Counted from the first letter of the stretch, positions 45,821 through 54,995 are shown. The stretch: 64,000 bases of DNA from Syntrophobacterales bacterium (GCA_023512475.1 JAILZL010000004.1:12528-76527); one strand, 5' to 3'. Program-made: numbers and translations. The notes: generated by a model from the letters alone, not told the origin.

Positions 45821-45925
45821 CCTCTGCCCCCTCCCCCAACCCCTTAAATGGGATGTGGCTTCGCCCAACCGGCAAAAGCGGCCGGCCTCATTTCATCGGG
45901 GAGGAGTGTTTTTCAACCGCCTGCG
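45821..45925 (+). repeat. Intergenic repeat family, copy C (core plus 3' extension)
   Basis: cccaaccccttaaatgggatgtggcttcgcccaaccggcaaaagcggccggcctcat (45835-45891), then ttcatcggggaggagtgtttttcaaccgcctg. The latter parallels the copy-A extension (ggggaggggttttttcaagcgcctg). Confidence 0.8.
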
Positions 45926-46113
45926 TCCTCCTTTCCTTCGACGGTGATCCGGGCTCCATCGCTCAGGGCTCCGTCCAGGCCGATGACATGGCCCCATTCG
46001 TCCCGCACGGTCAGCCCCCGGCCGTCGGGAGGAAAACCGGCGGCCACCAACGCGTGGCGCACCCGCATGCCCGGGGCCAGCTCCACCGGTCGGTCGTTGA
46101 CATACACCCGCAT
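45913..46113 (-). CDS. Small beta-grasp (ThiS/MoaD-like) protein ending in Gly-Gly
   Basis: 66 aa: MRVYVNDRPVELAPGMRVRHALVAAG...LSDGARITVEGKEDAGG. The length, the (M)xVxVN start, the DG-x-hydrophobic strand and the C-terminal GG fit sulfur-carrier proteins. The Shine-Dalgarno sequence is weak. Confidence 0.4.
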   Translation of the reverse strand: MRVYVNDRPVELAPGMRVRHALVAAGFPPDGRGLTVRDEWGHVIGLDGALSDGARITVEGKEDAGG

Positions 46114-46258
46114 GGTCCTTCACCCTGACGTGGGTCAATTGCCCCGAAGAAATGGGCCACCCCCAACGGCGCCTCGGGCACCGGCGTTTTCCCTGACTGT
46201 TCCGGGCCGTTCCCAGGGGCGCCGGCGGGGCCGCAGCCTGCCGGAGGCCGCCACCGCG

Positions 46259-47794
46259 TCAGGGGAGAGCCCGGATGCGGCCTTCCACCGCCGCGGTCAC
46301 CGGGCTGTGGCGCTGAAAATGCTCCAGCACCACATCCCGGAGATAGGTGCCGGGGTCGTTGTAGGCCAGGGCGCCGCTCTTCAGCATGCCCCCGGTGCTG
46401 CTGAAGTCGGCTGCCGCGAGCACCTCCCCGAAGACGGTGTAGCCGTCGCCCCCGGCCGCCAGGAAATCATGGGTGGCCAGGACATACACCTTGGCCGCAT
46501 CCAGGGGCCGACCGCCCACCTCCACCTCCACGATCCGCTGGCCGGGGGGAGCCGAGGCCCGGTAGGTGAACCTCAGGCCCGCCACCTGGGGGAAGCGGCC
46601 CTGCCGCTCCGGCAGACCGGCCACCCCGTGCTCCAGGGCCCGGCGCACCTGCGCCCCGGTGAGGCGGAAGGCCACCAGATAGTTGTCAAAGGGGAGCGCG
46701 GTGTAGATCTGTTTGCGGGTCACCGGGCCCCTGGGGATGCCGGCCCTAAGGGTGCCGCCGTTGATCAGGGCGGCATCGGCCCCGGTTTTCTCCTTCAGGA
46801 TGTCCGTCACCAGGTTGCCCAGGGCGGTCTCCTGAATCCGGGCCTGCTCTGCGTCCAGATCCACCGCCGCCTCCCCCACCACCACGTTGAGCAGACTATC
46901 GACCCGTTTCTGGTATTTCTTGACCAGGGCCAGGATTTGGCCGTCGGCGGGGCCGAGGCCCGGACCGATGGGCACCAACCGTCCCCGGGCCGCCGCCACC
47001 CGGCCCCGGCGCACCGTGAGGTCCAGCACTCCCAGAAACTTCCCGTGTTCGTAGGCCTGGACGATTAAGGTGCCATTCACCCGCTCCGGCCGTTCCAGCC
47101 GGGTGTGGGAGTGGCCCCCCACGATGAGGTCAATGCCCGGTACCGCCTGGGCCAGCTTCCGGTCCTCGGCATACCCCAGATGGGACAAGACCACGACGAT
47201 GTCGGCCTCCTGCCGCAGCCGGGGGAGTTGCTCCCTGAGGGTGGCCGCCGGTGGGGCGAAGGTGAGCCCGGTCACATTCCGGGGATGGGTGGCGTGGGGG
47301 GTCTCCGGCGTCACCAGCCCCACCACGGCCACCCGCACGCCCCCCACCTCTTTCACTATAAAGGGCCTCAGGCCCGGCAGGCCCTGCACGTTGGCCCCCA
47401 GAACCGGAAAGGAAGCCTGACGGATGCGCTCCTGCAACACTTCCTGACCGAAATCGAATTCATGGTTGCCCACCACCATGGCGTCAAAGCCCATGGCGTT
47501 CATGAGTTCGATGACCGAAGCGCCCTGGAAGAGATTGGCCCAGTTGTCGCCCTGGATCATGTCCCCGGCAGCCAACAGCAGGCTGGGACGGCCGGCCCGG
47601 AACCGCTTCACCGCCCCGGCCAGGTAGGCGGCGCCGCCCTGCAGCTCCAGGCTGCCCACCGGCCGGTGGGGCTCGGCAAAACCGTGGAAATCATTGACAT
47701 GCAAGATCCGGATCTTCCCGTCCCCGGCCAGGAGCGGGCTCACCCCGACCAGCAGAATGGCCAGGGGAACGATCAGATATCGCAGGCTACGCAT
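46259..47794 (-). CDS. Bifunctional metallophosphatase / 5'-nucleotidase (UshA family), secreted
   Basis: ATG at 47794 gives a signal peptide (YLIVPLAILLVGVSPLLAG). Metallophosphoesterase motifs ILHVNDFHG, GDMIQGD, GNHEFD and GGHSH. C-terminal 5'-nucleotidase domain. Confidence 0.85.
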   Translation of the reverse strand: MRSLRYLIVPLAILLVGVSPLLAGDGKIRILHVNDFHGFAEPHRPVGSLELQGGAAYLAGAVKRFRAGRPSLLLAAGDMIQGDNWANLFQGASVIELMNAMGFDAMVVGNHEFDFGQEVLQERIRQASFPVLGANVQGLPGLRPFIVKEVGGVRVAVVGLVTPETPHATHPRNVTGLTFAPPAATLREQLPRLRQEADIVVVLSHLGYAEDRKLAQAVPGIDLIVGGHSHTRLERPERVNGTLIVQAYEHGKFLGVLDLTVRRGRVAAARGRLVPIGPGLGPADGQILALVKKYQKRVDSLLNVVVGEAAVDLDAEQARIQETALGNLVTDILKEKTGADAALINGGTLRAGIPRGPVTRKQIYTALPFDNYLVAFRLTGAQVRRALEHGVAGLPERQGRFPQVAGLRFTYRASAPPGQRIVEVEVGGRPLDAAKVYVLATHDFLAAGGDGYTVFGEVLAAADFSSTGGMLKSGALAYNDPGTYLRDVVLEHFQRHSPVTAAVEGRIRALP

Positions 47795-48222
47795 GCTGCA
47801 CCTCCGGGGGTCGGGACGGCGGCGGCAATGTGGCCCTGGGCCTCCCCTCGGCTTCAGGCTACCGGCCCCGCTTCTTCCTGTCAACGCCGGAGTGCCCTGG
47901 AAGGAATATTATGGGGGCCTGCACCTGATTGTGGGCGCAGGGTCCGGGGAGGGCGGACTCCTCCCCCTCCTTTCCCCCACCTTCTCCAAGGCTTTCCGGG
48001 GGGCCTCCCGCCGGTTAAGAGGGCGATTCCGGCCATCTTGTGCGGCTTTTTATGGTAAAAGAGGGCAGGAAAACCCACCTCCGCTCCCCGGGGAAACGGG
48101 GGCGGCACCACCTGCACCTCGAAGATGAATGAGAGACGCTCTCTCCCGACCCTGAAGGCACCGTGCGCCCGGCTTTCATCCGCCACCGGGCTTACGGCCG
48201 GCCTCCCGGCAGGAGGCGCCTG

Positions 48223-49626
48223 ATGTCCGCCGCGCCGCCCCCGGGCCATGGGGTGCTGGCCAAGTTCGGCGCCCTGCTTCTCTCCCGCTGGCTGAAGGAA
48301 GGCCTGCAGGCCCTGTTCCTCATTTATCTGGCCCGGGTGAGCGCCCCCCGGTTCGGGGAATTCGTGCTCGCCCTGGAACTGGGGGCCGTGGTCCTTTTGG
48401 CGGCGGAATTCGGCTTCAATGTGGCTCTGGTGCCCCACCTGGGCCGGAACCCCGAAGAAGCGAAGGCGGCCGTGAGCCGGATCTCCTGCCTCAAGGCGCT
48501 CCTTCTGGGACTGGTCTGGCTGGGGTTGGCAGGATTGGTCCGGTGGCAGGGCTATCCGCCGGAGCTTCAGCGGGTGGTCCTGCTCATTGCCGGCGGCGTG
48601 GGCCTGGAGGCGCTGGCCAGCACCTTCTTCACCTGGCTGCAGGTTCAGGGCAGGCAGGCGGCGGAGGGACGGCTGCGGGCGGCTGCCGCGGTGGTGGGTC
48701 TGGGCTATGCCTTCCTCACCCTGGCCGCGGGCGCCCCCAGCGTGGTGGTGGCGCTGTTCAAGATCTGGGAAAACCTGGTCAACCTGGCGGGGGTGCTTTG
48801 GCTTCTGGGGCGCACCCGCCCCTGGACCCTGCGCCGGCCGGCATGGGGGGATCTGTGGGCCACCTTCCGCCAGGGGATTCATTTCGGGCTCCTGGCGGTG
48901 TTGTCGGCCCTCCTGAGCCGGGTCAACCTGCTGTTTTTGCAGTCCTACGGCGGCAGCGCCCAGGTGGCCCAGTACGGCGCGGCCTGGCCCCTGGTGGACG
49001 GCCTGCATGCCATTATCTCGGGGCTGCTGCTGCAGAGCGTCCTTTATCCCCTCTTTGTCCGGCTCACCGCCGACGACCCGGGGGAGCTCTCCCGCCTGGC
49101 CCGGCATGCCGGCCACTGGCTGCTGGGCCTGTCCCTGATCATCGCCCTGGCCTTGGCCCTGGAAAAGGACCGCCTCATTCCCCTCATCTTCGGGCCCCAG
49201 TATCCGGAGGCGGTGGAGGTCCTGGGGATCCTGGTCTTTGCGGTGCCCATGGTTTTCCTCCAGAGCCTGGCGGGCTTTGCCTTGCTCAGCCTTCGACAGG
49301 AGCGGCTGCTGGTGGTCTTTTTCGGCGGCGGTCTCCTGTTTGCCCTGGCCTTTTGCAGCCTGACGGTACCCTGCTGGCCTCTGGCCGGCGCGGCCTGGGC
49401 CATGGTGTTCAGCCGCGGGCTGGTGACCGGGGCGGCGCTGTGGGCCATCCACCGGCGGCTGCCGCTCCTGTCCTGGCGGCCGGCCGTCCTGCTTCTCCTG
49501 GCGGCCGGGCTGGGCTGGGGGCTGTGCCGGGGCCTGAGCCCTTTCCTGCCCCGGGAGGCCGCCGAGCTTCTGGGGCTGGCCCCCCTGATGGCGGCCCTGT
49601 GGCGTCAGAGACTGGCCCGGGGATGA
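48223..49626 (+). CDS. Oligosaccharide flippase / polysaccharide biosynthesis membrane protein (MOP-family-like)
   Basis: ATG at 48223 preceded by AGGAGG. About 467 aa, polytopic throughout. The N-terminal pattern LSRWLKEGLQALFLIYLARVSAPRFGEF resembles Wzx/RfbX-type proteins. Confidence 0.55.
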   Translation: MSAAPPPGHGVLAKFGALLLSRWLKEGLQALFLIYLARVSAPRFGEFVLALELGAVVLLAAEFGFNVALVPHLGRNPEEAKAAVSRISCLKALLLGLVWLGLAGLVRWQGYPPELQRVVLLIAGGVGLEALASTFFTWLQVQGRQAAEGRLRAAAAVVGLGYAFLTLAAGAPSVVVALFKIWENLVNLAGVLWLLGRTRPWTLRRPAWGDLWATFRQGIHFGLLAVLSALLSRVNLLFLQSYGGSAQVAQYGAAWPLVDGLHAIISGLLLQSVLYPLFVRLTADDPGELSRLARHAGHWLLGLSLIIALALALEKDRLIPLIFGPQYPEAVEVLGILVFAVPMVFLQSLAGFALLSLRQERLLVVFFGGGLLFALAFCSLTVPCWPLAGAAWAMVFSRGLVTGAALWAIHRRLPLLSWRPAVLLLLAAGLGWGLCRGLSPFLPREAAELLGLAPLMAALWRQRLARG

Positions 49627-49665
49627 ACGGCGGGGTTTTTTTTTCCGGGGCAGCAAATTTTTTCC

Positions 49666-49694
49666 TTGACACCTTTCCGGCTCCTGATTATATA
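49666..49694 (+). promoter_or_regulatory. Near-consensus sigma70 promoter with no adjacent gene
   Basis: TTGACA (49666-49671), 17-nt spacer, TATATA (49689-49694), in an AT-rich patch just after the flippase stop. Confidence 0.5.
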
Positions 49695-49700
49695 TAATTC

Positions 49701-49772
49701 AAGTCAGGACCTTTATGGTTCTAACCCCCCCAAACGCCTCCGGTACCTCCCCCACCGGGGGCGTTTTCTTTT
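49701..49772 (+). ncRNA. Candidate small RNA (about 70 nt) bounded by the promoter and an intrinsic terminator
   Basis: The predicted TSS is near 49701. The 5' part is C-rich (ctaaccccccca). The terminator is ACGCCTCCGG (49734-49743) / CCGGGGGCGT (49755-49764), 10 bp with one G-U pair and loop tacctccccca, followed by TTTCTTTT. Confidence 0.35.
49734..49772 (+). terminator. Rho-independent terminator
   Basis: 10-bp GC-rich stem (one G-U pair), 11-nt loop, T-rich tail tttctttt. Confidence 0.55.
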
Positions 49773-50106
49773 CCGGCGGCCTTTTCCCCCGGCGGCGGCA
49801 CGCCCTGACCGGGCCCACATCCCGGCCCGGCCCCGGGCGCACGGCCCGGTCACGAGATTTTCCCGCCGGCGGCTTGCTTTTTTCTTTCACATCCGCTATA
49901 AAAGAAGCGTTCAGTCGCTTGGGGCGGCTGGCCCGATTTCACGGATACGAGGCATATTCACCGGGTGAGGAGGCGGCCCCCTCCCGGAAGCCGGGAGGCG
50001 GGATGCGCCTGCCACGATTCCAGGTACGCCGGCAGTTAGACACGTTTCACCATGCCCTGCACCCGCCGGGCTCCCTGACGGCCCCGCCTCTCACCGCCCG
50101 TCCTGT

Positions 50107-51216
50107 ATGGCACCCACGGCCCCCATCACATCGCTGATCCAGCCTCATCTGCTGCAGCTGAGTCCTTATCAGGCCGGTAAGCCCCTGGAGGAACTGGCCC
50201 GGGAGCTGGGTCTGACGGATGCCATCAAGCTGGCCTCCAACGAAAATCCCCTGGGCCCCTCCCCCAAGGCCGTGGCCGCCATTCAGGCGGAGCTGGCCCA
50301 CCTGCATCGGTATCCCGACAGCCATGTCTATTACCTCCGGGAGGAGCTCAGCCGCCACCTGGGAGTCAAGCCCGAGCAGCTCATCTTCGGCAATGGCTCC
50401 GACGAGATCCTCGACCTGCTGGTGCGGGCCGTGGTACCCCCTGGGGGCGAAGTGGTGAGCACCGCCCATTCCTTTCTGATGTACGGCCTCCTCACCCAGG
50501 CGGTGGGCGGGGTATTTCGGGCCGTGCCCCTGAAAGACCTGGCCGTGGACCTGGAGGCGGTGGCCGCGGCCATCACCCCCCGGACCCGGCTCGTGCTCCT
50601 GAACAATCCCAACAACCCCACCGGCACCGCCTTCTCCCGGAAGGACTGGGAGGCCTTTCTCGCCACCCTGCCGCCCACGGTGACGGTGGCGCTGGATGAG
50701 GCCTATATCGAATTTGCCGCGGACCCCGAGGTGGCCCAGGGGCTCCCCTACCTGGCCGAGGACCGGCCCCTGGTGGGCCTCCGGACCTTCTCCAAGGCCT
50801 ACGGCCTGGCGGGGCTGCGGGTGGGCTACGCCTATGGGCCCAGCGCCCTGATGGAGTGTCTCAACCGTCTGCGGCTGCCTTTCAATGTCAACCGTCTGGC
50901 CCAGGCCGGGGCCCGGGCGGCCCTGGGGGATACGGAGTTTCTGGCCCGCACCCGCGAGCTGGTGTGGGAGGGGCGGGAGTTTCTCACCCGGGAACTCACC
51001 CGCCTGGGGGTCACGGTGGTGCCCAGCCAGGCCAATTTCCTCCTGGTGGCCGTGGGCCGGCCGGGGCGCCAGGTCTATGAGGCCATGCTCCGGCAAGGGG
51101 TCATCATCCGGGCCATGGATGCCTATGGTTTTCCGGAGCATATCCGGGTGAATGTGGGCCTGCCGGAGGAGAACCAGCGCTTCCTGGCGGCCTTCCGCAC
51201 GGTCATGGGGTTGTAG
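50107..51216 (+). CDS. hisC: Histidinol-phosphate aminotransferase
   Basis: LASNENPLGPSPKA and PLP-lysine region RTFSKAYGLAGLRVGY. 369 aa. Confidence 0.9.
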   Translation: MAPTAPITSLIQPHLLQLSPYQAGKPLEELARELGLTDAIKLASNENPLGPSPKAVAAIQAELAHLHRYPDSHVYYLREELSRHLGVKPEQLIFGNGSDEILDLLVRAVVPPGGEVVSTAHSFLMYGLLTQAVGGVFRAVPLKDLAVDLEAVAAAITPRTRLVLLNNPNNPTGTAFSRKDWEAFLATLPPTVTVALDEAYIEFAADPEVAQGLPYLAEDRPLVGLRTFSKAYGLAGLRVGYAYGPSALMECLNRLRLPFNVNRLAQAGARAALGDTEFLARTRELVWEGREFLTRELTRLGVTVVPSQANFLLVAVGRPGRQVYEAMLRQGVIIRAMDAYGFPEHIRVNVGLPEENQRFLAAFRTVMGL

Positions 51217-51223
51217 CACGGCC

Positions 51224-51955
51224 GTGGGTCCGGCGCGCCTCATCACCATCGACGGTCCGGCCGGTGCCGGCAAGAGCACGACGGCCCGGGGACTGGCCCG
51301 GGCCCTGGGCTGGACGTATCTGGACAGCGGCGCCTTCTACCGCCTGGTGGCCTGGCAGACGGCCCGCCGGGGGATCAACCCGGAGGACGAGGCGGCGGTG
51401 GCCGCCCTGCTGCCGCAGCTGGCCCCGGAACCGGGGGCGGACGAGGAGGGCTTCTTCCTCCGCCTGGACGGCCGGAGGCTCTCCGGGGAGTTGCGCACTC
51501 CGGAGGTGAGCCGGGAGGCCTCCCGGGTGGCCCGGCTCCCGGCGGTGCGCCGCTGGGTGACGGAGAGGCTGCGGCAGCTGGCCCGGGGCCGCAGGGTGGT
51601 GGCCGAAGGCCGGGACCTGGGCACGGTGGTCTTTCCCGACGCCGACCTGAAGCTGTATCTGGATGCAGACCTGGCGGTCCGGGCGGCCCGCCGGCAGCAG
51701 GAACAGGCCGCCCTGGGCGCCGGGGGTGATCTCACGGCCACCCTGGAGGCCATCGCCGCCCGGGACGCCCAGGACCAGAACCGGACCGAAGCGCCTCTCC
51801 AGGTGCCGTCCGGCGCGGTGATCCTGGACACCTCCCGGCTGACCCCGGAGGAGGTGGTGGCCCGCTGCCTGCAGCTGGCCACCGAACGCCTGCATCTGGC
51901 CCCACCCGGGGGAGCCGGCATGGCTCCCCCCGGCCGGGGAGAAACCACCACCTGA
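51224..51955 (+). CDS. cmk: Cytidylate kinase
   Basis: In-frame GTG at 51224, just after the hisC stop. ITIDGPAGAGKSTTARGLARALGWTYLDSGAFYR. The ORF-track ATG at 51152 lies inside hisC. Confidence 0.9.
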   Translation: MGPARLITIDGPAGAGKSTTARGLARALGWTYLDSGAFYRLVAWQTARRGINPEDEAAVAALLPQLAPEPGADEEGFFLRLDGRRLSGELRTPEVSREASRVARLPAVRRWVTERLRQLARGRRVVAEGRDLGTVVFPDADLKLYLDADLAVRAARRQQEQAALGAGGDLTATLEAIAARDAQDQNRTEAPLQVPSGAVILDTSRLTPEEVVARCLQLATERLHLAPPGGAGMAPPGRGETTT

Positions 51956-52041
51956 GAGGCTGAACCCGGGAGCGGCACAGCCAAACCCGAGAATAAACAG
52001 AATCAGACACCTCAACACCTTGTGAAGGGGGAACCTTTTTC

Positions 52042-53910
52042 ATGATCGACCTGGACAACAAAGAAGAAACCCTGCACCACCCACCTGGAGACGTTGAGAT
52101 CCAGAATCAGCAAGACGAGCCCCGCGAACCGATGCTGCAGGCCGCTCCGGCCATCGAGGCCGGCCCGGCCCCGGAGCCCGCCGCCCCGGCGCCGGCCCCT
52201 GAAGCCCCGGCCGGGGGCGAGGAGGAGGAAGAGGTCACCATGTCGGAGCTCTACGAGGAGAGCCTCCGGCGGGTGCAGGAAGGCGAAGTGGTGCGCGGCC
52301 GCATCGTCTCCCTCACCAAAGACTACGTCATGGTGGACATCGGTTATAAGAGTGAGGGCCAGATTCCCATCTCCGAGTTCACTTCGCCGGACGGCGAGGT
52401 GACCGCCAAGGTGGGGGATCAGGTGGAGGCATTGCTGGAAAGCCGGGAAGATGAAGAAGGTCCCCTCATGCTGTCCAAGATCAAGGCTTCCCGCCTCAAG
52501 GTCTGGGAGGAAATCTCCTACGCCTACCACAACGAAGGCGTGGTGGAGGGCACCATCACCGCCAAGGTGAAGGGCGGCTTCTCCGTGGACCTGGGGGGCA
52601 TCACCGCCTTTCTGCCCGGCTCCCAGGTGGATCTGGTGCCGGTGCGGCACCCCGACAGCCTCATCGGGCAGAAATTCACCTTCCACGTCCTCAAGTTCAA
52701 CCGCAAGCGCCGGAATGTGGTGCTCTCCCGCCGCACCCTGCTGGAGAAGGCCAAAAACGAAGCCAAGGCCACCCTGCTCGCCACCCTGGAGGAAGGCAAG
52801 GTGGTGGAAGGGGTGGTGAAAAACATCACCGATTACGGCATCTTCGTGGACCTGGGGGGGCTGGACGGCCTTTTGCACGTCACCGATCTCTCCTACGGCC
52901 GCATCCGCCATCCCGGAGACCTGTTCAAGGTGGGCGACACCATCACCGTCAAGGTGCTGAGCTTTGACAAGGACAAGGAGCGCATCTCCCTGGGACTGAA
53001 GCAGCTCCACCCCGATCCCTGGACCATGGTGCAGGAGCGCTACCCCATCGGCGCCGTGGTCACCGGCAAGGTGGTGAGCCTCACCGATTACGGGGCCTTC
53101 GTGGAGCTGGAGCCCGGGGTGGAGGGCCTCATCCACATCTCGGAGATGTCCTGGACCCGCAAGATCCGCCACCCCTCCCAGATCCTCAGCGCCGGGGATG
53201 TGGTGGAGGTGAAGATCCTGGAGGTGGAGCCCCAGCGCAAGCGCATCTCCCTGAGCCTGCGCCAGGTGGAGCCCAACCCCTGGGAGGTCATCGGGGACAA
53301 ATACCCCGTGGGGTCGGTCATCGAGGGCAAGATCAAAAACATCACCGACTTCGGCATCTTCATCGGCATTGACGAAGGCATCGACGGCCTGGTGCACATC
53401 TCCGACATCTCCTGGACCAAGCGCTTCAAACACCCCTCCGAGATCTTCAAGAAGGGCCAGACGGTGCAGGCCAAGGTGCTGGCCATCGACAAGGAGAACG
53501 AGCGCTTCTCCCTGAGCATCAAGGAGCTGAACCCCAACCCGTGGGAGACCATCGACCAGCGCTACCCGGTGGGCGCGGTGGTCTCCGGCCCCATCACCAA
53601 TATCACCGACTTCGGGCTCTTTGTGGAGATCGAGGAAGGGATCGAGGGCCTGGTGCACATCTCCGAATACAGCCGGGACAAGGAGAAGACCGCCTCCCTG
53701 AAGGTGGGGGAGGTGATCCGGGCCAAGGTCATCCACTGTTCCCCTCAGGAGCGGCGCATTGGGTTGTCCATCCGCCGGCTGGAGACCGAAGAGGAGCAGC
53801 GCACCTACCGGGATTACCTCAAGGGCTCCCAGGAAGCCACCACCTCCTTGGGGGACCTGCTGCGGGAATCCCTGGGGGACAGCGAATCCCGCAAAAACGG
53901 CCCGAAATGA
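52042..53910 (+). CDS. rpsA: 30S ribosomal protein S1
   Basis: Six S1 (OB-fold) repeats with recurring G-x-V-x-G-x-V / DYGAFV/DFGIFV / GLVHISE motifs. The alternative start at ATG 52240 (MSELYEESL) would remove a 66-aa acidic/Pro-Ala N-terminal extension. Confidence 0.95.
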   Translation: MIDLDNKEETLHHPPGDVEIQNQQDEPREPMLQAAPAIEAGPAPEPAAPAPAPEAPAGGEEEEEVTMSELYEESLRRVQEGEVVRGRIVSLTKDYVMVDIGYKSEGQIPISEFTSPDGEVTAKVGDQVEALLESREDEEGPLMLSKIKASRLKVWEEISYAYHNEGVVEGTITAKVKGGFSVDLGGITAFLPGSQVDLVPVRHPDSLIGQKFTFHVLKFNRKRRNVVLSRRTLLEKAKNEAKATLLATLEEGKVVEGVVKNITDYGIFVDLGGLDGLLHVTDLSYGRIRHPGDLFKVGDTITVKVLSFDKDKERISLGLKQLHPDPWTMVQERYPIGAVVTGKVVSLTDYGAFVELEPGVEGLIHISEMSWTRKIRHPSQILSAGDVVEVKILEVEPQRKRISLSLRQVEPNPWEVIGDKYPVGSVIEGKIKNITDFGIFIGIDEGIDGLVHISDISWTKRFKHPSEIFKKGQTVQAKVLAIDKENERFSLSIKELNPNPWETIDQRYPVGAVVSGPITNITDFGLFVEIEEGIEGLVHISEYSRDKEKTASLKVGEVIRAKVIHCSPQERRIGLSIRRLETEEEQRTYRDYLKGSQEATTSLGDLLRESLGDSESRKNGPK

Positions 53911-54098
53911 AGGACCTGAAAGGCAGGGGGGACTCAAGTTTGACCCTGGTCCGGTCCGATAAGGAGACAGGGCGTCAGGAGGGGGAGGCTTCGGCGTCTC
54001 CGGGCCGCCTCCTCGCCGGCCGGCAGTTTCCCGGGAGGGGGGCACCGCCTCCCCTGGGCCGGCCATGGCCCCTCAGCCGCGGAAGGTGACGGCCCATC

Positions 54099-54995
54099 AT
54101 GAGACGCCACCCCATCCTCACCTCTTTTCTCATCCTGGCCTTCATTCTCCTCTTTTTCGTGGGCCTTTCGGCGTTGACCCTGAAGTGGGCGGGCAAGGAG
54201 GGTCTCTTCGCCAAGGCCCCCAAGGTGGGGGTGGTGGAGGTTACCGGCCTCATTACCCAGTCCCAGCCCACCCTGAAGGAACTGCGCCGCTTCCAGGAGG
54301 ATGACCGCATCAAGGCCATCCTGGTGCGCATCAATTCCCCGGGCGGCGCGGTGGGCCCCTCCCAGGAGATCATGCGGGAGATCCTGAAGGTCCGGAAGAA
54401 AAAGAAGGTGGTGGCCTCCCTGGAATCCCTGGCGGCCTCGGGGGGCTACTACGTGGCCTGCGCCGCGGATGTCATCATGGCCAATCCGGGCACCGCGGTG
54501 GGGAGCATCGGCGTCATCATGAAGCTGGCCAACGTGGAGCAGCTCACCAAAAAGCTGGGGGTGGATTTTTACTCCCTCAAGGCCGGGGAACTCAAGGATC
54601 TGGGCTCCCCCTTCCGGCCCATGACCCCCGAGGAGCGGGAAGCCCTGCAAAGCCTGCTGGACAACATTCACCAGCAGTTCATCCAGGACGTGGCCACCAA
54701 CCGCAAGATCCCCCGGGAAAAGATGGCCACCCTGGCCACCGGCACGGTCTTCACCGGGGAGCAGGCCAAAAATCTGGGGCTGGTGGATGAGCTGGGGAAC
54801 TTCGAGGACGCCCTGGAGCTGGCCGGACGCCTGGGCGGCATCAGCGGCAAGGTGGAGGCGGCCTACCCCCCCAAAAAGCGCCCCTCTCTCCTCAGCCTGA
54901 TCCTGGGCAGCGACACCGAAAGCAACCTGCACGCCCTGGCGGAATTCCTCTCCCCCTACCCGGAACCGGCCTTCCTGCCGCCCTGGTTCCGGTAG
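54099..54995 (+). CDS. sppA: Signal peptide peptidase SppA (36K type)
   Basis: N-terminal TM. Motifs INSPGGAVGPSQEI, ASGGYYVACAAD, and GSIGVIM. Confidence 0.85.
   Translation: MRRHPILTSFLILAFILLFFVGLSALTLKWAGKEGLFAKAPKVGVVEVTGLITQSQPTLKELRRFQEDDRIKAILVRINSPGGAVGPSQEIMREILKVRKKKKVVASLESLAASGGYYVACAADVIMANPGTAVGSIGVIMKLANVEQLTKKLGVDFYSLKAGELKDLGSPFRPMTPEEREALQSLLDNIHQQFIQDVATNRKIPREKMATLATGTVFTGEQAKNLGLVDELGNFEDALELAGRLGGISGKVEAAYPPKKRPSLLSLILGSDTESNLHALAEFLSPYPEPAFLPPWFR

Noticed and set aside
49715-50137. 140-aa ORF starting just after the orphan promoter. Also the idea of a histidine-operon leader peptide or T-box upstream of hisC.
   Set aside because: The ORF runs straight through the terminator hairpin and is low-complexity. 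It has no run of His codons. The GGTACC in the hairpin loop lacks the surrounding T-box consensus, and no specifier-loop architecture is visible.
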